A stretch of DNA of 64,000 nt. Origin: a virus. Made by a program: the position numbers and the translations under genes. This document shows, in pieces, positions 7,290-15,552 of the stretch. How positions within the stretch are numbered: position 1 is the first letter of the stretch; the number at the start of each line of letters is the position of its first letter. Where the stretch lies: IMG/VR virus record IMGVR_UViG_3300047548_000145, positions 3,204 through 67,203 of that record. One strand, given 5' to 3'. The notes under the pieces are model-generated. The model did not search any database. It saw only the letters and a program-made list of their open reading frames with translations, and was not told the origin of the DNA.

Positions 7290-8075
7290 TTATTGGATGT
7301 TATAGGTTTTGTTGTAGTATTCTTCGAATGTAATCTGTTCTCCTGTTCTGGTGTAAATCTCTGAGTTATTCCAAGCATCTTCAAGTTGGTCTTTGTATAT
7401 ATGACGTGCGATGTACATAGTTCCACGTAGCAGTTCTGGCTGTCCCATCTTCAACAGACTCAGGGAAGACAGGTAACGCATAATCCAGGTAGGTAATGTG
7501 CTGTCGCTGTACTCGTCTAGGATGTTTACGTCTACAATCTCAATGCGCTTCTCTTTATCTACAGGAACCAACTTGTTTACATATCGCATCTGAAGTAGGC
7601 AGTCAACCATAGCGTTGTGGGTCATCTCTTCAGTACCTATGCGCAGGGCCGTGTAATGCTCCCCAATCGGATCGAACAGCCTCTCGATGGTTCTGATATC
7701 AAGACACCCCCTGTAGTTGAAGTACAGGTTAACTCCATTCTTACGTGCAAAGTGAGTAAGGATTGGAATATCGAACGTAGAGTGACTCCATATCTGACAG
7801 CCTTCGTTCTTCTTCAGGAACTTGGACAGGGACTTGAGCGTAGACACCACGTCTGACGTGCCTGAGGTGACGTATGAGCGCACTTTATCCGTTACCATAG
7901 TGTTCCACCATTCGGTAGTTGATTCGTCATCCTGATAGGCTGTATTGTTGCGAGCCATCCGTTCGTCAAAGGTGTCGATGATTTCGTTCCCTTCCCATAC
8001 TACAGCGGCAATCTGATAGATGAAACATTCAGGCGTTATTCCTGATGTCTCAATGTCAATGGTCATTCGTTTCAT
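7290..8075 (-). CDS. DEDD-family 3'-5' exonuclease with C-terminal extension
   Basis: IDIETSG (ExoI), HSTFDIPIL (ExoII), HNAMVD (ExoIII). Confidence 0.85.
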   Translation of the reverse strand: MKRMTIDIETSGITPECFIYQIAAVVWEGNEIIDTFDERMARNNTAYQDDESTTEWWNTMVTDKVRSYVTSGTSDVVSTLKSLSKFLKKNEGCQIWSHSTFDIPILTHFARKNGVNLYFNYRGCLDIRTIERLFDPIGEHYTALRIGTEEMTHNAMVDCLLQMRYVNKLVPVDKEKRIEIVDVNILDEYSDSTLPTWIMRYLSSLSLLKMGQPELLRGTMYIARHIYKDQLEDAWNNSEIYTRTGEQITFEEYYNKTYNIQ

Positions 8076-8932
8076 TACTTCTTGATTTTGAATTTAAGGT
8101 AGTGCCAACCAGTCAACTCTGTCTCTTTGCCATCTTTGTCAACGAGGACTGGTGTGAACTCACTATGATTGAAACCAATCTCCTTAAAGTGATTGCCTTC
8201 AATTGCAAGAATATGCCGAATAAAAATAGGCTTATTTGCTCTGAATGTATCGATTACGAAACTCTCAGTGAAGTTAAACAACTCTGGATTTAATGTCTTT
8301 AAATATGCCTTGAACACATCCTCAACAATTGGACGCTGGGTTGAAGTGGCGGCCTTTAGCATCTCTTCAATCTTCTCTGCCGACACGTGCACAGTTTCTT
8401 GAAATGGTTTAAACATACCTTGAATCTTTCTTTGCCAGGGGCCACAGGCTACATCGTAGATGCGTTTCAATTCACTCACTGGGATAAGTAATCCCTTCGG
8501 ATGTAAATCTAAATCTTCAGCAGGCGATAGCCAATCTTGGTGGTAACTATATCCACTGTGAAAATTATCACCAGTGATGTTTACATACCACCCACCAGGG
8601 CTCTCAAATACTTTGGATACAACTCCAATCTTGTCCTTTGTGAGATCCATACTTTTTACCCAATGTGGCTTACCAGATTCATCAATTATTTTTTTTCTAA
8701 CGATTACTCGTTGCCCTACTTTGAATTTTGGTTCCATTGTTTCTGTTGTTTCTTGTTTTTTAGATTTGATTTTCTTTAATTTATCTTGATTGGCTGGCCT
8801 TGTGCCGTAATTGTCCCAAAAGATATAGGGTACAGTAGAAATTTCACTAACAGTTCCAACCTCTCCAGCAGGAACACCAAAAGATGCATTTAGTAGTTCA
8901 ACCCTGTCTCCTATTTTAAACTTTGGTTCCAT
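8075..8932 (-). CDS. hypothetical protein with tandem KFKxGD(R)V SH3/KOW-like repeats
   Basis: Two MEPKFK(I/V)G repeats; start placed at ATG 8932, downstream of TATCTTTG (8963-8970). Confidence 0.65.
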   Translation of the reverse strand: MEPKFKIGDRVELLNASFGVPAGEVGTVSEISTVPYIFWDNYGTRPANQDKLKKIKSKKQETTETMEPKFKVGQRVIVRKKIIDESGKPHWVKSMDLTKDKIGVVSKVFESPGGWYVNITGDNFHSGYSYHQDWLSPAEDLDLHPKGLLIPVSELKRIYDVACGPWQRKIQGMFKPFQETVHVSAEKIEEMLKAATSTQRPIVEDVFKAYLKTLNPELFNFTESFVIDTFRANKPIFIRHILAIEGNHFKEIGFNHSEFTPVLVDKDGKETELTGWHYLKFKIKK

Positions 8933-8993
8933 CTTGTGTTTAATTAAGTTAATTTGTTTTGTCAAAGATACATATACTCAACGATATACGCAA

Positions 8994-9530
8994 CTAAAAC
9001 TTCTCTTTTAGGTTATTTTTTTCTATTACTTTTCGTAGTGCTTCTTCGTAGTGTTGAGCCTCTGCGTAGTTAGACAGCAGGTTGTAAAACTCATCTTCGG
9101 TTCGGCACTTGTTAGCGTAGGCAGCACACCATAGGGCATAGTCCACAACACAGTCCTCCCAGTTGTCGTAGTAGGCGTGGCCTCGGTTAGTCCCTCGTGC
9201 TGTAGTAACACGTTGACGTGCTTGTTTCATCCCGAACAGATTATTATTCTCACGGAAGATTGGCGACTTGAATCCTCCGCTCTCAACCTTGGCCTGCGCT
9301 AAGGCAATGTGCGGGAATCGCAGGTTCAACTTCTTCAATTCACGAATCAGGCGTTCCTCGGTGAAGTTGTTTTGTGACACGTTAACGCTCACAACAGGTT
9401 CGTAGACGAGCGTGTTACCACTGAAGGCCGCAAGTCCAATAGAGGCCATTAAAACGGCTCCTACAGCCACGTTCTTCTTCAGGTTAGACGTGCGTTCAAA
9501 CGTCAGGGTTTCTTTATTGTAGCGGTACAT
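8994..9530 (-). CDS. glucosaminidase (GH73-like peptidoglycan hydrolase) with N-terminal TM/signal
   Basis: IALAQAKVESG..NNNLFGMK..YYDNWEDCVVDY..YAEAQHY. Confidence 0.8.
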   Translation of the reverse strand: MYRYNKETLTFERTSNLKKNVAVGAVLMASIGLAAFSGNTLVYEPVVSVNVSQNNFTEERLIRELKKLNLRFPHIALAQAKVESGGFKSPIFRENNNLFGMKQARQRVTTARGTNRGHAYYDNWEDCVVDYALWCAAYANKCRTEDEFYNLLSNYAEAQHYEEALRKVIEKNNLKEKF

Positions 9531-9912
9531 AATACTTTGTTACAAATTTTCCCTTTGAAATGTTATACCAAAAATCATATCCTTGACTTGACTTTTTCCA
9601 CACGAACGAGCCTGCAATAAACCCAGAAAAGGTATCAGTCCCTTTAAGTAGCCACTCAACATCTGCTTCTCCACGAAGTTTCACCACATCGTGCCTCCAC
9701 ATAACTTGGACTTCATCAGGCAGTTTGGTAAGCCAACTTGCTCCAGTTCTTACGGATGGCCCACGCAGGTCAATGGTCTTAGGTACAAAGTTCCGCTTGA
9801 ACTCAAGCATAGCCTCGATAATCCATTCCCGATCGACAGCGTGGAAGTGGTACTCGTTCTTGTCCTCGTACTTTGCGAGGATTTCACTTGCGATTTCTTT
9901 CTTTGATTTCAT
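9514..9912 (-). CDS. hypothetical protein
   Basis: 132 aa; C-terminal FxWxxSxQGYDFW motif. Confidence 0.65.
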   Translation of the reverse strand: MKSKKEIASEILAKYEDKNEYHFHAVDREWIIEAMLEFKRNFVPKTIDLRGPSVRTGASWLTKLPDEVQVMWRHDVVKLRGEADVEWLLKGTDTFSGFIAGSFVWKKSSQGYDFWYNISKGKFVTKYYVPLQ

Positions 9913-10127
9913 TTTGTTGATGTTAATTTATTTAATAAGTCAATTTGAGATTCAACTGAATGACCATTCCTTACTCCTTCTTCTATGTCGTTAGATAACC
10001 TCTGCATATTTGTTCCAAGATGTTTTAGGGAAAAATCAACTATATTCTGGTAATCTTCATCGCTCATCCATTCTTTTCTTGGAATAAGAATGTTCATCAT
10101 TTTGTTTATCTGTTCTTGGTAGTTCAT
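9909..10127 (-). CDS. hypothetical protein
   Basis: 72 aa, ATGA overlaps on both sides. Confidence 0.6.
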   Translation of the reverse strand: MNYQEQINKMMNILIPRKEWMSDEDYQNIVDFSLKHLGTNMQRLSNDIEEGVRNGHSVESQIDLLNKLTSTK

Positions 10128-10642
10128 TTTTCGTTGCTATTAAGTAATTTATTTATTTCTGTAATAATTAAATCTCCGATATACTCACGGCAGATGTCTG
10201 CTGTTTCTTTTGATTTATGTCCCATAGAATTAGTATAGGCAGCATAAGAAGCATAACCATAATCGCTAAAAACAGCATAAAAAGCATCTGTAGCGCCTAA
10301 AGGATTCGCTCTTCCAGTGTCCTTTGCGGCCATCCAAAGAGCGTGTTCAGCATTATTTACAGATTCATTTAAATCTTTAAATGTTGCTCTACCTTCACCA
10401 AACGCAATAGCTACGTCTACTGCGTTTATACTTTCATCATATTTCATTAAATGTCTAACGGTATTTGCACAATGTCCTTTTGCAAGTGTTAATTTTTGGA
10501 AATCAATTTTTACAATATCTACCAAACTTAATATCCAATCACCCCTGTGGCATTGTTCAATAAACTCCTCAATCGTTTTATCATACGCCCATTTTATTAG
10601 TGGAATAGATTCAAGTATCAATAATTCATTAAATGTTTTCAT
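10124..10642 (-). CDS. Ala-rich helical hypothetical protein (possibly Imm5-like)
   Basis: CHRGDWIL..LTLAKGHCANTVRHLM..AVDVAIAFGEG; ends NSNEK*. Confidence 0.6.
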   Translation of the reverse strand: MKTFNELLILESIPLIKWAYDKTIEEFIEQCHRGDWILSLVDIVKIDFQKLTLAKGHCANTVRHLMKYDESINAVDVAIAFGEGRATFKDLNESVNNAEHALWMAAKDTGRANPLGATDAFYAVFSDYGYASYAAYTNSMGHKSKETADICREYIGDLIITEINKLLNSNEK

Positions 10643-10671
10643 TTCTCGCTTGTGTTAAAGGTTTATCAATT

Positions 10672-10926
10672 CTACAGCAAATCTGTTGACCTCAGATATC
10701 CAACATACATTCCTCTATCTTCCCAGTAGATATCTCCAGAATGCATTACCTCTTTCCTGACATCTTTCTCTTCATCATCAATATCTTTGATTGAATCCTC
10801 AACAGCTTTGATTGCCATATCTTTATTCTGGAATGCTCCAATCAAACTCCAATCGAGCGCTCCCCACGTGGGGCCTCCTCCTTTGTATGCTAAATGAACT
10901 TTCATAATCTTGTTTTTCTGTTTCAT
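10672..10926 (-). CDS. hypothetical protein
   Basis: 84 aa between two junction repeats. Confidence 0.6.
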   Translation of the reverse strand: MKQKNKIMKVHLAYKGGGPTWGALDWSLIGAFQNKDMAIKAVEDSIKDIDDEEKDVRKEVMHSGDIYWEDRGMYVGYLRSTDLL

Positions 10927-11150
10927 TTCTCGTTGGTGTTAAAGGTTTCGTTGTAGTAGTCTTCGAATGATTTTTCTTTACCGATATAGTTATCCCCCAT
11001 ATATTCACTTCTGCTCTCGTCCCATACGTCTCTCATCTGCTCCTTCTCCATTTCTAATGCTCGCTCCAAGACATCGTCTATTTCTGGTTGTTCCATCCCT
11101 GCGCTATTTTGCACTGTGTTAATCAACCATTCTACTGCTGTCTGTTTCAT
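10923..11150 (-). CDS. MKQTAVEWL-family small protein (paralogue 3)
   Basis: MKQTAVEWL..ALEMEKEQM..YYNETFNTNEK. Confidence 0.75.
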   Translation of the reverse strand: MKQTAVEWLINTVQNSAGMEQPEIDDVLERALEMEKEQMRDVWDESRSEYMGDNYIGKEKSFEDYYNETFNTNEK

Positions 11151-11329
11151 TTTACTGCTGTTTTAATTTGCTTCTCCTCGACTCGGAAGGAATGGTTTTT
11201 AGGATTTTCTTTTTGCTTGTGGTAGTCAAGGTGCAGGAGCCATTTAGAAGAGTGATTGTGAAATATCTCCCGTGTTCCCTCGATACCGAACCTGTCGGTT
11301 CTCTTAAAATGCAGGACGTAAACTTTCAT
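11147..11329 (-). CDS. hypothetical protein
   Basis: 60 aa, ATGA overlaps. Confidence 0.55.
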   Translation of the reverse strand: MKVYVLHFKRTDRFGIEGTREIFHNHSSKWLLHLDYHKQKENPKNHSFRVEEKQIKTAVK

Positions 11330-11724
11330 TTGAATTGGATTTGTGTTCTGTTCTTAACATCGTAGGCATACGTTGCTCCTGTGTAGATGGTGGCAAACAT
11401 AGCGTCCTCAAGCCTGTCGAAACGTTCGTACATATTGAGGCTGTACTTCTGCCCCTCCTGAACTAGCCCGTAGTAGTATCCCCTCGGTGCAGGGCCTGCC
11501 TTCTCAAGCCACAGCCGTACCCAGTCCTCCTTCATCACGTAGTGGTGGGCGGACAGGTAGGTGTCTCCTGTTGGAATCAAGTACCCATCCGTGGGCATAT
11601 TCATAGCGCTGTCGATGAAGACCAATGACAGCATTTCGATTCTGCCCGCCATAACGTGCGCTATGGTTTCAGGCGCAGGATTCTTCATCTCCCTGTAATA
11701 GTTAAAGTTAAAGAAGTTCATCAA
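11326..11724 (-). CDS. hypothetical protein
   Basis: 132 aa ORF. Confidence 0.65.
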   Translation of the reverse strand: MMNFFNFNYYREMKNPAPETIAHVMAGRIEMLSLVFIDSAMNMPTDGYLIPTGDTYLSAHHYVMKEDWVRLWLEKAGPAPRGYYYGLVQEGQKYSLNMYERFDRLEDAMFATIYTGATYAYDVKNRTQIQFK

Positions 11725-12058
11725 AGTAATAGTTTAAGACATCTACTATAAGTTCTTCACCAAGTGCTGTCTTTGGATTAATGCTGGTCAGCGTAGTGTT
11801 CTGCAATGTGATGCTGTCGTACATCTCCAAGATTTCGAAGTAGTCAACAGCGGCCACCATAGTCGCTCCGTAGTCGTAGTCGAAGTGCTTGTCGCAGAAG
11901 ATTTCAAGGTCATCCACCGTTTCTACTCCGTACTTAGACCTGTGCCTGTACAGGTACTCGTCAAGGTCTCCGAGGTCGCATTCAATGTATGCTGTCTTCG
12001 GTCTGCTGTAGGTCAACTTGGCCATTAGTTCCCAAGTGCAGCAGTTCGTGGAATACAA
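11708..12058 (-). CDS. acidic hypothetical protein
   Basis: Start may lie at the downstream MAKLTYS. Confidence 0.6.
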   Translation of the reverse strand: MYSTNCCTWELMAKLTYSRPKTAYIECDLGDLDEYLYRHRSKYGVETVDDLEIFCDKHFDYDYGATMVAAVDYFEILEMYDSITLQNTTLTSINPKTALGEELIVDVLNYYFDELL

Positions 12059-12237
12059 AGGGCGTGGACATCGTTGTACTCGTCATTAGAGAAGAATACT
12101 CCATCGTACATATAGCCGTCTCGATTCCAATTGCGTGACGTGAATAGTTCCTGCGTGATATGGTGTACGGCTCTGCGTTTCATATCCTCGCTCAATCCCT
12201 TGGTAACCTTGTTTACTTTTTCTTCGGTGGTAAGCAT
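12025..12237 (-). CDS. hypothetical protein
   Basis: Likely start MLTTEEK at 12237 after an A-rich leader. Confidence 0.5.
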   Translation of the reverse strand: MLTTEEKVNKVTKGLSEDMKRRAVHHITQELFTSRNWNRDGYMYDGVFFSNDEYNDVHALCIPRTAALGN

Positions 12238-12322
12238 AACGTAAATTTTTAAGTTTAGTTTGTTTTCAATTAGTTCAATTATTTCCTCCTGAGTCAGGTG
12301 CTCAAGTATTTTCTCCATTCGG

Positions 12323-12739
12323 TCAAGCGCCCAATACCTGTTCATATACTGACTCTCCGTTACTGAATGAACCTACTTTTACCATCTTCGCCCAAGGCCG
12401 AACAGCCTTGTTGAAGTTCTTTTCTACCCAAGTATCGGCTTCCTCATCCAAGGCAATTTCTTCCTTGCGTGACAGGTAGGCGGAGTCGGTCTCATCCGTG
12501 CGCACGGACAGGGATACAATGCCGCAGTACTCTGCGATGGCGATTTCCACTACTCCGTTTCGGAGGATTACGTTGTTCTCTCCGACCCATTCATCACAGG
12601 TTTCCATATTTGGAAACAGGCCCGTAACGTGTTCCTGAATGTCTTCAATCAGGTAGTCGAACAAGACGTGCTCTTCTTCATCGAATTGGAAGTAGATAAC
12701 AGCCTTTGCATTTGGTAGGTAACTTACTGAACGTCCCAT
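12323..12739 (-). CDS. hypothetical protein
   Basis: 138 aa; MGRSVSY...EYCGIVSLS...GSFSNGESVY. Confidence 0.7.
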   Translation of the reverse strand: MGRSVSYLPNAKAVIYFQFDEEEHVLFDYLIEDIQEHVTGLFPNMETCDEWVGENNVILRNGVVEIAIAEYCGIVSLSVRTDETDSAYLSRKEEIALDEEADTWVEKNFNKAVRPWAKMVKVGSFSNGESVYEQVLGA

Positions 12740-12761
12740 TTTGTTTACTTGTTTTTAATGG

Positions 12762-12950
12762 TTAAACTAATTGGAAGCCGAATGCCTCTTCGAAATCTTT
12801 GCGGCCAAACTCGCCATCCCATTCCTGATACAGGCGCTGTCCTTCTTCAATCCAAGATACGGATACGTTGTACGCTTTTCCTGTCACCTGCAGGTCTACC
12901 TGTACTTGCTTAGCCTCGAACAGGCTTTGGTTAGTGATTTGTGTTTTCAT
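12762..12950 (-). CDS. hypothetical protein
   Basis: Likely start MKTQITNQS at 12950. Confidence 0.55.
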   Translation of the reverse strand: MKTQITNQSLFEAKQVQVDLQVTGKAYNVSVSWIEEGQRLYQEWDGEFGRKDFEEAFGFQLV

Positions 12951-12955
12951 TTTGT

Positions 12956-13138
12956 TTATTTGTTTAATTTGTTTTTTTGTTCGTAAATGATTTCGATTTG
13001 GATGTCCACAAAACAGAGGGACAGGGCAGTGATGATTGCGAGAATAGCCCGTGTGTAGTGCTCGGTCTGCATTGCCTGTACGCCTGCGATAATGATGGCC
13101 ACGATGGCTAAGCGTACGAGGAAGATTGATGTTTTCAT
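12956..13138 (-). CDS. small membrane protein
   Basis: 60 aa, two TM-like segments, downstream of the promoter at 13161. Confidence 0.65.
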   Translation of the reverse strand: MKTSIFLVRLAIVAIIIAGVQAMQTEHYTRAILAIITALSLCFVDIQIEIIYEQKNKLNK

Positions 13139-13160
13139 AGTTTGATTTGTTTTGGATAGT

Positions 13161-13191
13161 CAAATGTAATACTAAATTCTGAACTGACAAA
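13161..13191 (-). promoter_or_regulatory. Bacteroidota sigma-type promoter (-33 TTTG, -7 TACATTTG)
   Basis: Minus strand TTTGTCAGTTCAGAATTTAGTATTACATTTG. Confidence 0.65.
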
Positions 13192-13196
13192 CTTTT

Positions 13197-13376
13197 TTAG
13201 AAATTATTTTCAATGAACTGGATGAGGGACTTTTTTGTACGGAAGTACATAGTGTGTACGTTCGTCTGCAGGTGGTTGCCCTCAAGTAGTGCCCAAGATT
13301 TCAGGTATCTGGCAGGCCATTGTGCGTATGCAAAGTAGAAGGTCTTTCCGTTGTGGGTGATGCTCTGTGCTTTCAT
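13197..13376 (-). CDS. small hypothetical protein (59 aa, not in ORF track)
   Basis: MKAQSITHNGKTFYFAYAQWPARYLKSW...; starts just after hammerhead 1 with the shared ATCGAAATG leader. Confidence 0.6.
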   Translation of the reverse strand: MKAQSITHNGKTFYFAYAQWPARYLKSWALLEGNHLQTNVHTMYFRTKKSLIQFIENNF

Positions 13377-13389
13377 TTCGATCGATTTT

Positions 13390-13441
13390 GGTTAAGACGG
13401 GCTTTCGCCCGTTTCGGATATTCAATCCTCGTCAGTTAACC
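13390..13441 (-). ncRNA. type I hammerhead ribozyme (copy 1)
   Basis: GGTTAA-CTGACGA-GGAT(TGAAT)ATCC-GAAA-CGGGC(GAAA)GCCCG-TC|TTAACC; complete core and three stems. Confidence 0.9.
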
Positions 13442-13588
13442 TTTTAGCATTTTGTTTTTCATTTCTTCGAGCGCCCAAAGTTTGTAGCGCCATAGTGCGG
13501 CAGGGCTCAACTTGTTGGGGACATTAAGGCTGTCCTGCAGGTCTTGGATGGCGGCTATGGTGTCCATCTTTTTTGCTTCGTATTCCAT
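13436..13588 (-). CDS. small hypothetical protein (50 aa, not in ORF track)
   Basis: MEYEAKKMDTIAAIQDLQDSL...; TAA stop lies in hammerhead 1 stem I. Confidence 0.55.
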   Translation of the reverse strand: MEYEAKKMDTIAAIQDLQDSLNVPNKLSPAALWRYKLWALEEMKNKMLKG

Positions 13589-13626
13589 TTTGATAGTGTT
13601 TTTAGTTTTGTTAGTGTATGTTAATA

Positions 13627-13827
13627 TTAGTATTTCTTTTCGGCTGCGTCAAGGAAGGAAATAACGCTAACAGCGAACAGCATCAGGGGGAGGATGCAGA
13701 TAATGGCGATACTTGCAGTGATTTCCCCGCCCATTTCTTGGTGACGGATTGTGGCGTAAAGCATAGCGCCTGACTGAATAGCACAAAGTAGCATCAGGAC
13801 CGCACGGAAGGTTTGCGTGATTTTCAT
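13627..13827 (-). CDS. small membrane protein
   Basis: 66 aa, two TM-like segments, immediately after hammerhead 2. Confidence 0.65.
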   Translation of the reverse strand: MKITQTFRAVLMLLCAIQSGAMLYATIRHQEMGGEITASIAIICILPLMLFAVSVISFLDAAEKKY

Positions 13828-13850
13828 TTCGATTGAATTTAGTGTTTCTT

Positions 13851-13900
13851 GGTTAAGACCCCCGAAGGGGTTTCGGCTACTTAAGCCTCTTCAGTTAACC
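13851..13900 (-). ncRNA. type I hammerhead ribozyme (copy 2)
   Basis: GGTTAA-CTGAAGA-GGCT(TAAGT)AGCC-GAAA-CCCC(TTCG)GGGG-TC|TTAACC. Confidence 0.9.
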
Positions 13901-13912
13901 TGATTTACCGCT

Positions 13913-14296
13913 CTAACCGAATACTATCTCGCTGAAGAACACCTGCTGAAGGATGCAGTCGGCTGTATCTGCGTCATCACGCTCTTCAATCATTTCAAGC
14001 AATTTGTTGACAGGAGTTTGCTGAACTCGCTCGTGAACGTCCTGCAGATTGATGCTGTAACTCTCCTCCGCATCGAGGTCAACTATAGTCAGGCTTTTCC
14101 CGTCTCGCAGAATTTGCATCAGCACGTCCACGTAGCACACATCTGAAGCCTCCTTCACCAACGTAGCATTCGCAGAGGCATAGTCAACAGCCTCGTAAGT
14201 AAGTTGAAGGTCGTAGTAACCCATCTGCGCTAAGCCATTGCACAGGGCGTTGTAGAAGTACATTTCGCTCTCTTGGGGGGTCAATTTGATTTCCAT
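13913..14296 (-). CDS. acidic hypothetical protein
   Basis: 127 aa ending DDADTADCILQQVFFSEIVFG; lies between hammerheads 3 and 2. Confidence 0.75.
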   Translation of the reverse strand: MEIKLTPQESEMYFYNALCNGLAQMGYYDLQLTYEAVDYASANATLVKEASDVCYVDVLMQILRDGKSLTIVDLDAEESYSINLQDVHERVQQTPVNKLLEMIEERDDADTADCILQQVFFSEIVFG

Positions 14297-14318
14297 TTCG
14301 ATTGAATTTTAGGATTTT

Positions 14319-14368
14319 GGTTAAGACCCCCGAAGGGGTTTCGGCTACTTAAGCCTCGTCAGTTAACC
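14319..14368 (-). ncRNA. type I hammerhead ribozyme (copy 3)
   Basis: GGTTAA-CTGACGA-GGCT(TAAGT)AGCC-GAAA-CCCC(TTCG)GGGG-TC|TTAACC; upstream ORF stop lies in stem I. Confidence 0.9.
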
Positions 14369-14596
14369 TTCGATACCACAGCACTTCTTGAGGTCTCCGT
14401 CCTGTATCATTTGTTGGATTACGTCTATGCAATCCTTCTTGCTGCAGCGGGTGTCCATCCATTCGTTGCCGTAGAACAGGTTCCATTCTCCTGAGGGAGC
14501 GCAGTTATCATTCAGGCGCTGACTTACAAACAGAGGCAAGGGAAGACCTTCGATGGAAACTTGGTACTTACCTGCGATTACTTTAGTGACTTTCAT
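14363..14596 (-). CDS. hypothetical protein, first gene of the early operon
   Basis: 77 aa downstream of the promoter at 14632. Confidence 0.7.
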   Translation of the reverse strand: MKVTKVIAGKYQVSIEGLPLPLFVSQRLNDNCAPSGEWNLFYGNEWMDTRCSKKDCIDVIQQMIQDGDLKKCCGIEG

Positions 14597-14631
14597 AACG
14601 TGTAGTGGTTAGTTGTTGTTGTTTGACATTG

Positions 14632-14662
14632 CAAACATACGGCAACAATCTGAATACGCAAG
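14632..14662 (-). promoter_or_regulatory. early Bacteroidota-type promoter (-7 TATGTTTG)
   Basis: Minus strand CTTGCGTATTCAGATTGTTGCCGTATGTTTG. Confidence 0.65.
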
Positions 14663-14808
14663 AAATATTTTTACGGAATATCGCAACTCGCTCATAAACC
14701 CCAACAAAATCAAGGGTTTACAGGTGAAAAAAAGTTTACAGCAGGGCAACAATTGCACAACAGCACAGCAGAAGGTATCCAAAACTGGCCTCTCCAGGAA
14801 CGAGGCTA

Positions 14809-14957
14809 ATGGGGACAAGTGGGACAAGGTGGGAACAAGTGGGGAAGGAAAGGGGAAGAAGTGGGGAAGGGGATATAGGTAATAAGGGGAAGGGGATTGT
14901 CCCTATCCTCCTCCTCTTTCAACTAACTTCCTCCACCTACTTTCCATCCTCCTCCCA
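14809..14957 (+). repeat. purine/G-rich degenerate repeat followed by a pyrimidine-rich tract
   Basis: GGGGACAAGTGGGACAAGGTGGGAACAAGTGGGGAAGG... then CCCTATCCTCCTCCTC...CCTCCTCCC. Confidence 0.7.
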
Positions 14958-15267
14958 ACACACTTCCAAACACAGCAGCAGGTATCCTAAGGTGCTCTCT
15001 ATAGGCTGTCAAAAACGCTGAATTCCCACACGGATTTGGATGCTTGGAAGGGGGGTTGGGTTTGGGATTTCGTTTCGGTATATGGAACCGCACGTGCGTA
15101 AAATATATATTATCCCCTGGATGCGTATAACTCTCTCCCATAAAAGAACGCAGTTCGTGTCGAAGACTCTGTTCCACAAGTCGCATCTTCGATGCTGAGT
15201 GCCATAGGCACGAACTGTACCTTATCACTGAAATGCACGATAGGCTGATTTATCGCCTGAATAGGTG

Positions 15268-15330
15268 ATACCGTACATCATACCGTACATCATACCGCAC
15301 ATCATACCGTACAAGATACCGCACATCATA
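15268..15330 (+). repeat. 12-bp tandem repeat x5 (iteron-like)
   Basis: ATACCG(T/C)ACATC units at 15268, 15280, 15292, 15304 (variant ..ACAAG) and 15316. Confidence 0.85.
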
Positions 15331-15518
15331 TGCGTGTGCATATAAGAATCTGTTCTTAGACTTGTTTATATGCTTGTGCGTATACAGTTCAGGAATCTGT
15401 TGACTTTTGGGAAGTAATTCGGGTATTCCTAGAATTGAATAGGTAAATCTGACATAAAAGCAGACCTCTGGGCGGAGTATACAGCATCCCCATAACCTCC
15501 TTAGTAGTGTCGTCAGTG

Positions 15519-15552
15519 TCGCTTGGCTAGGGGGCTTGGGGGCCCCTGCGCT
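15519..15552. repeat. intergenic GC-rich motif, copy 2 (copy 1 at 6445)
   Basis: TCGCTTGGCTAGGGGGCTTGGGGGCCCCTGCGCT. Confidence 0.65.

Noticed and set aside
13390-14368. The three intergenic repeats read as rho-independent terminators or CRISPR repeats
   Set aside because: No U-tract on the coding strand, ~460-nt coding spacing, and a complete hammerhead core explain them better.
14609-15228. Short ORFs in the divergence region
   Set aside because: They derive from promoter and low-complexity sequence and have atypical composition.
15268-15330. Possible CRISPR mini-array
   Set aside because: Units are 12 bp and contiguous, with no unique spacers and no cas genes.
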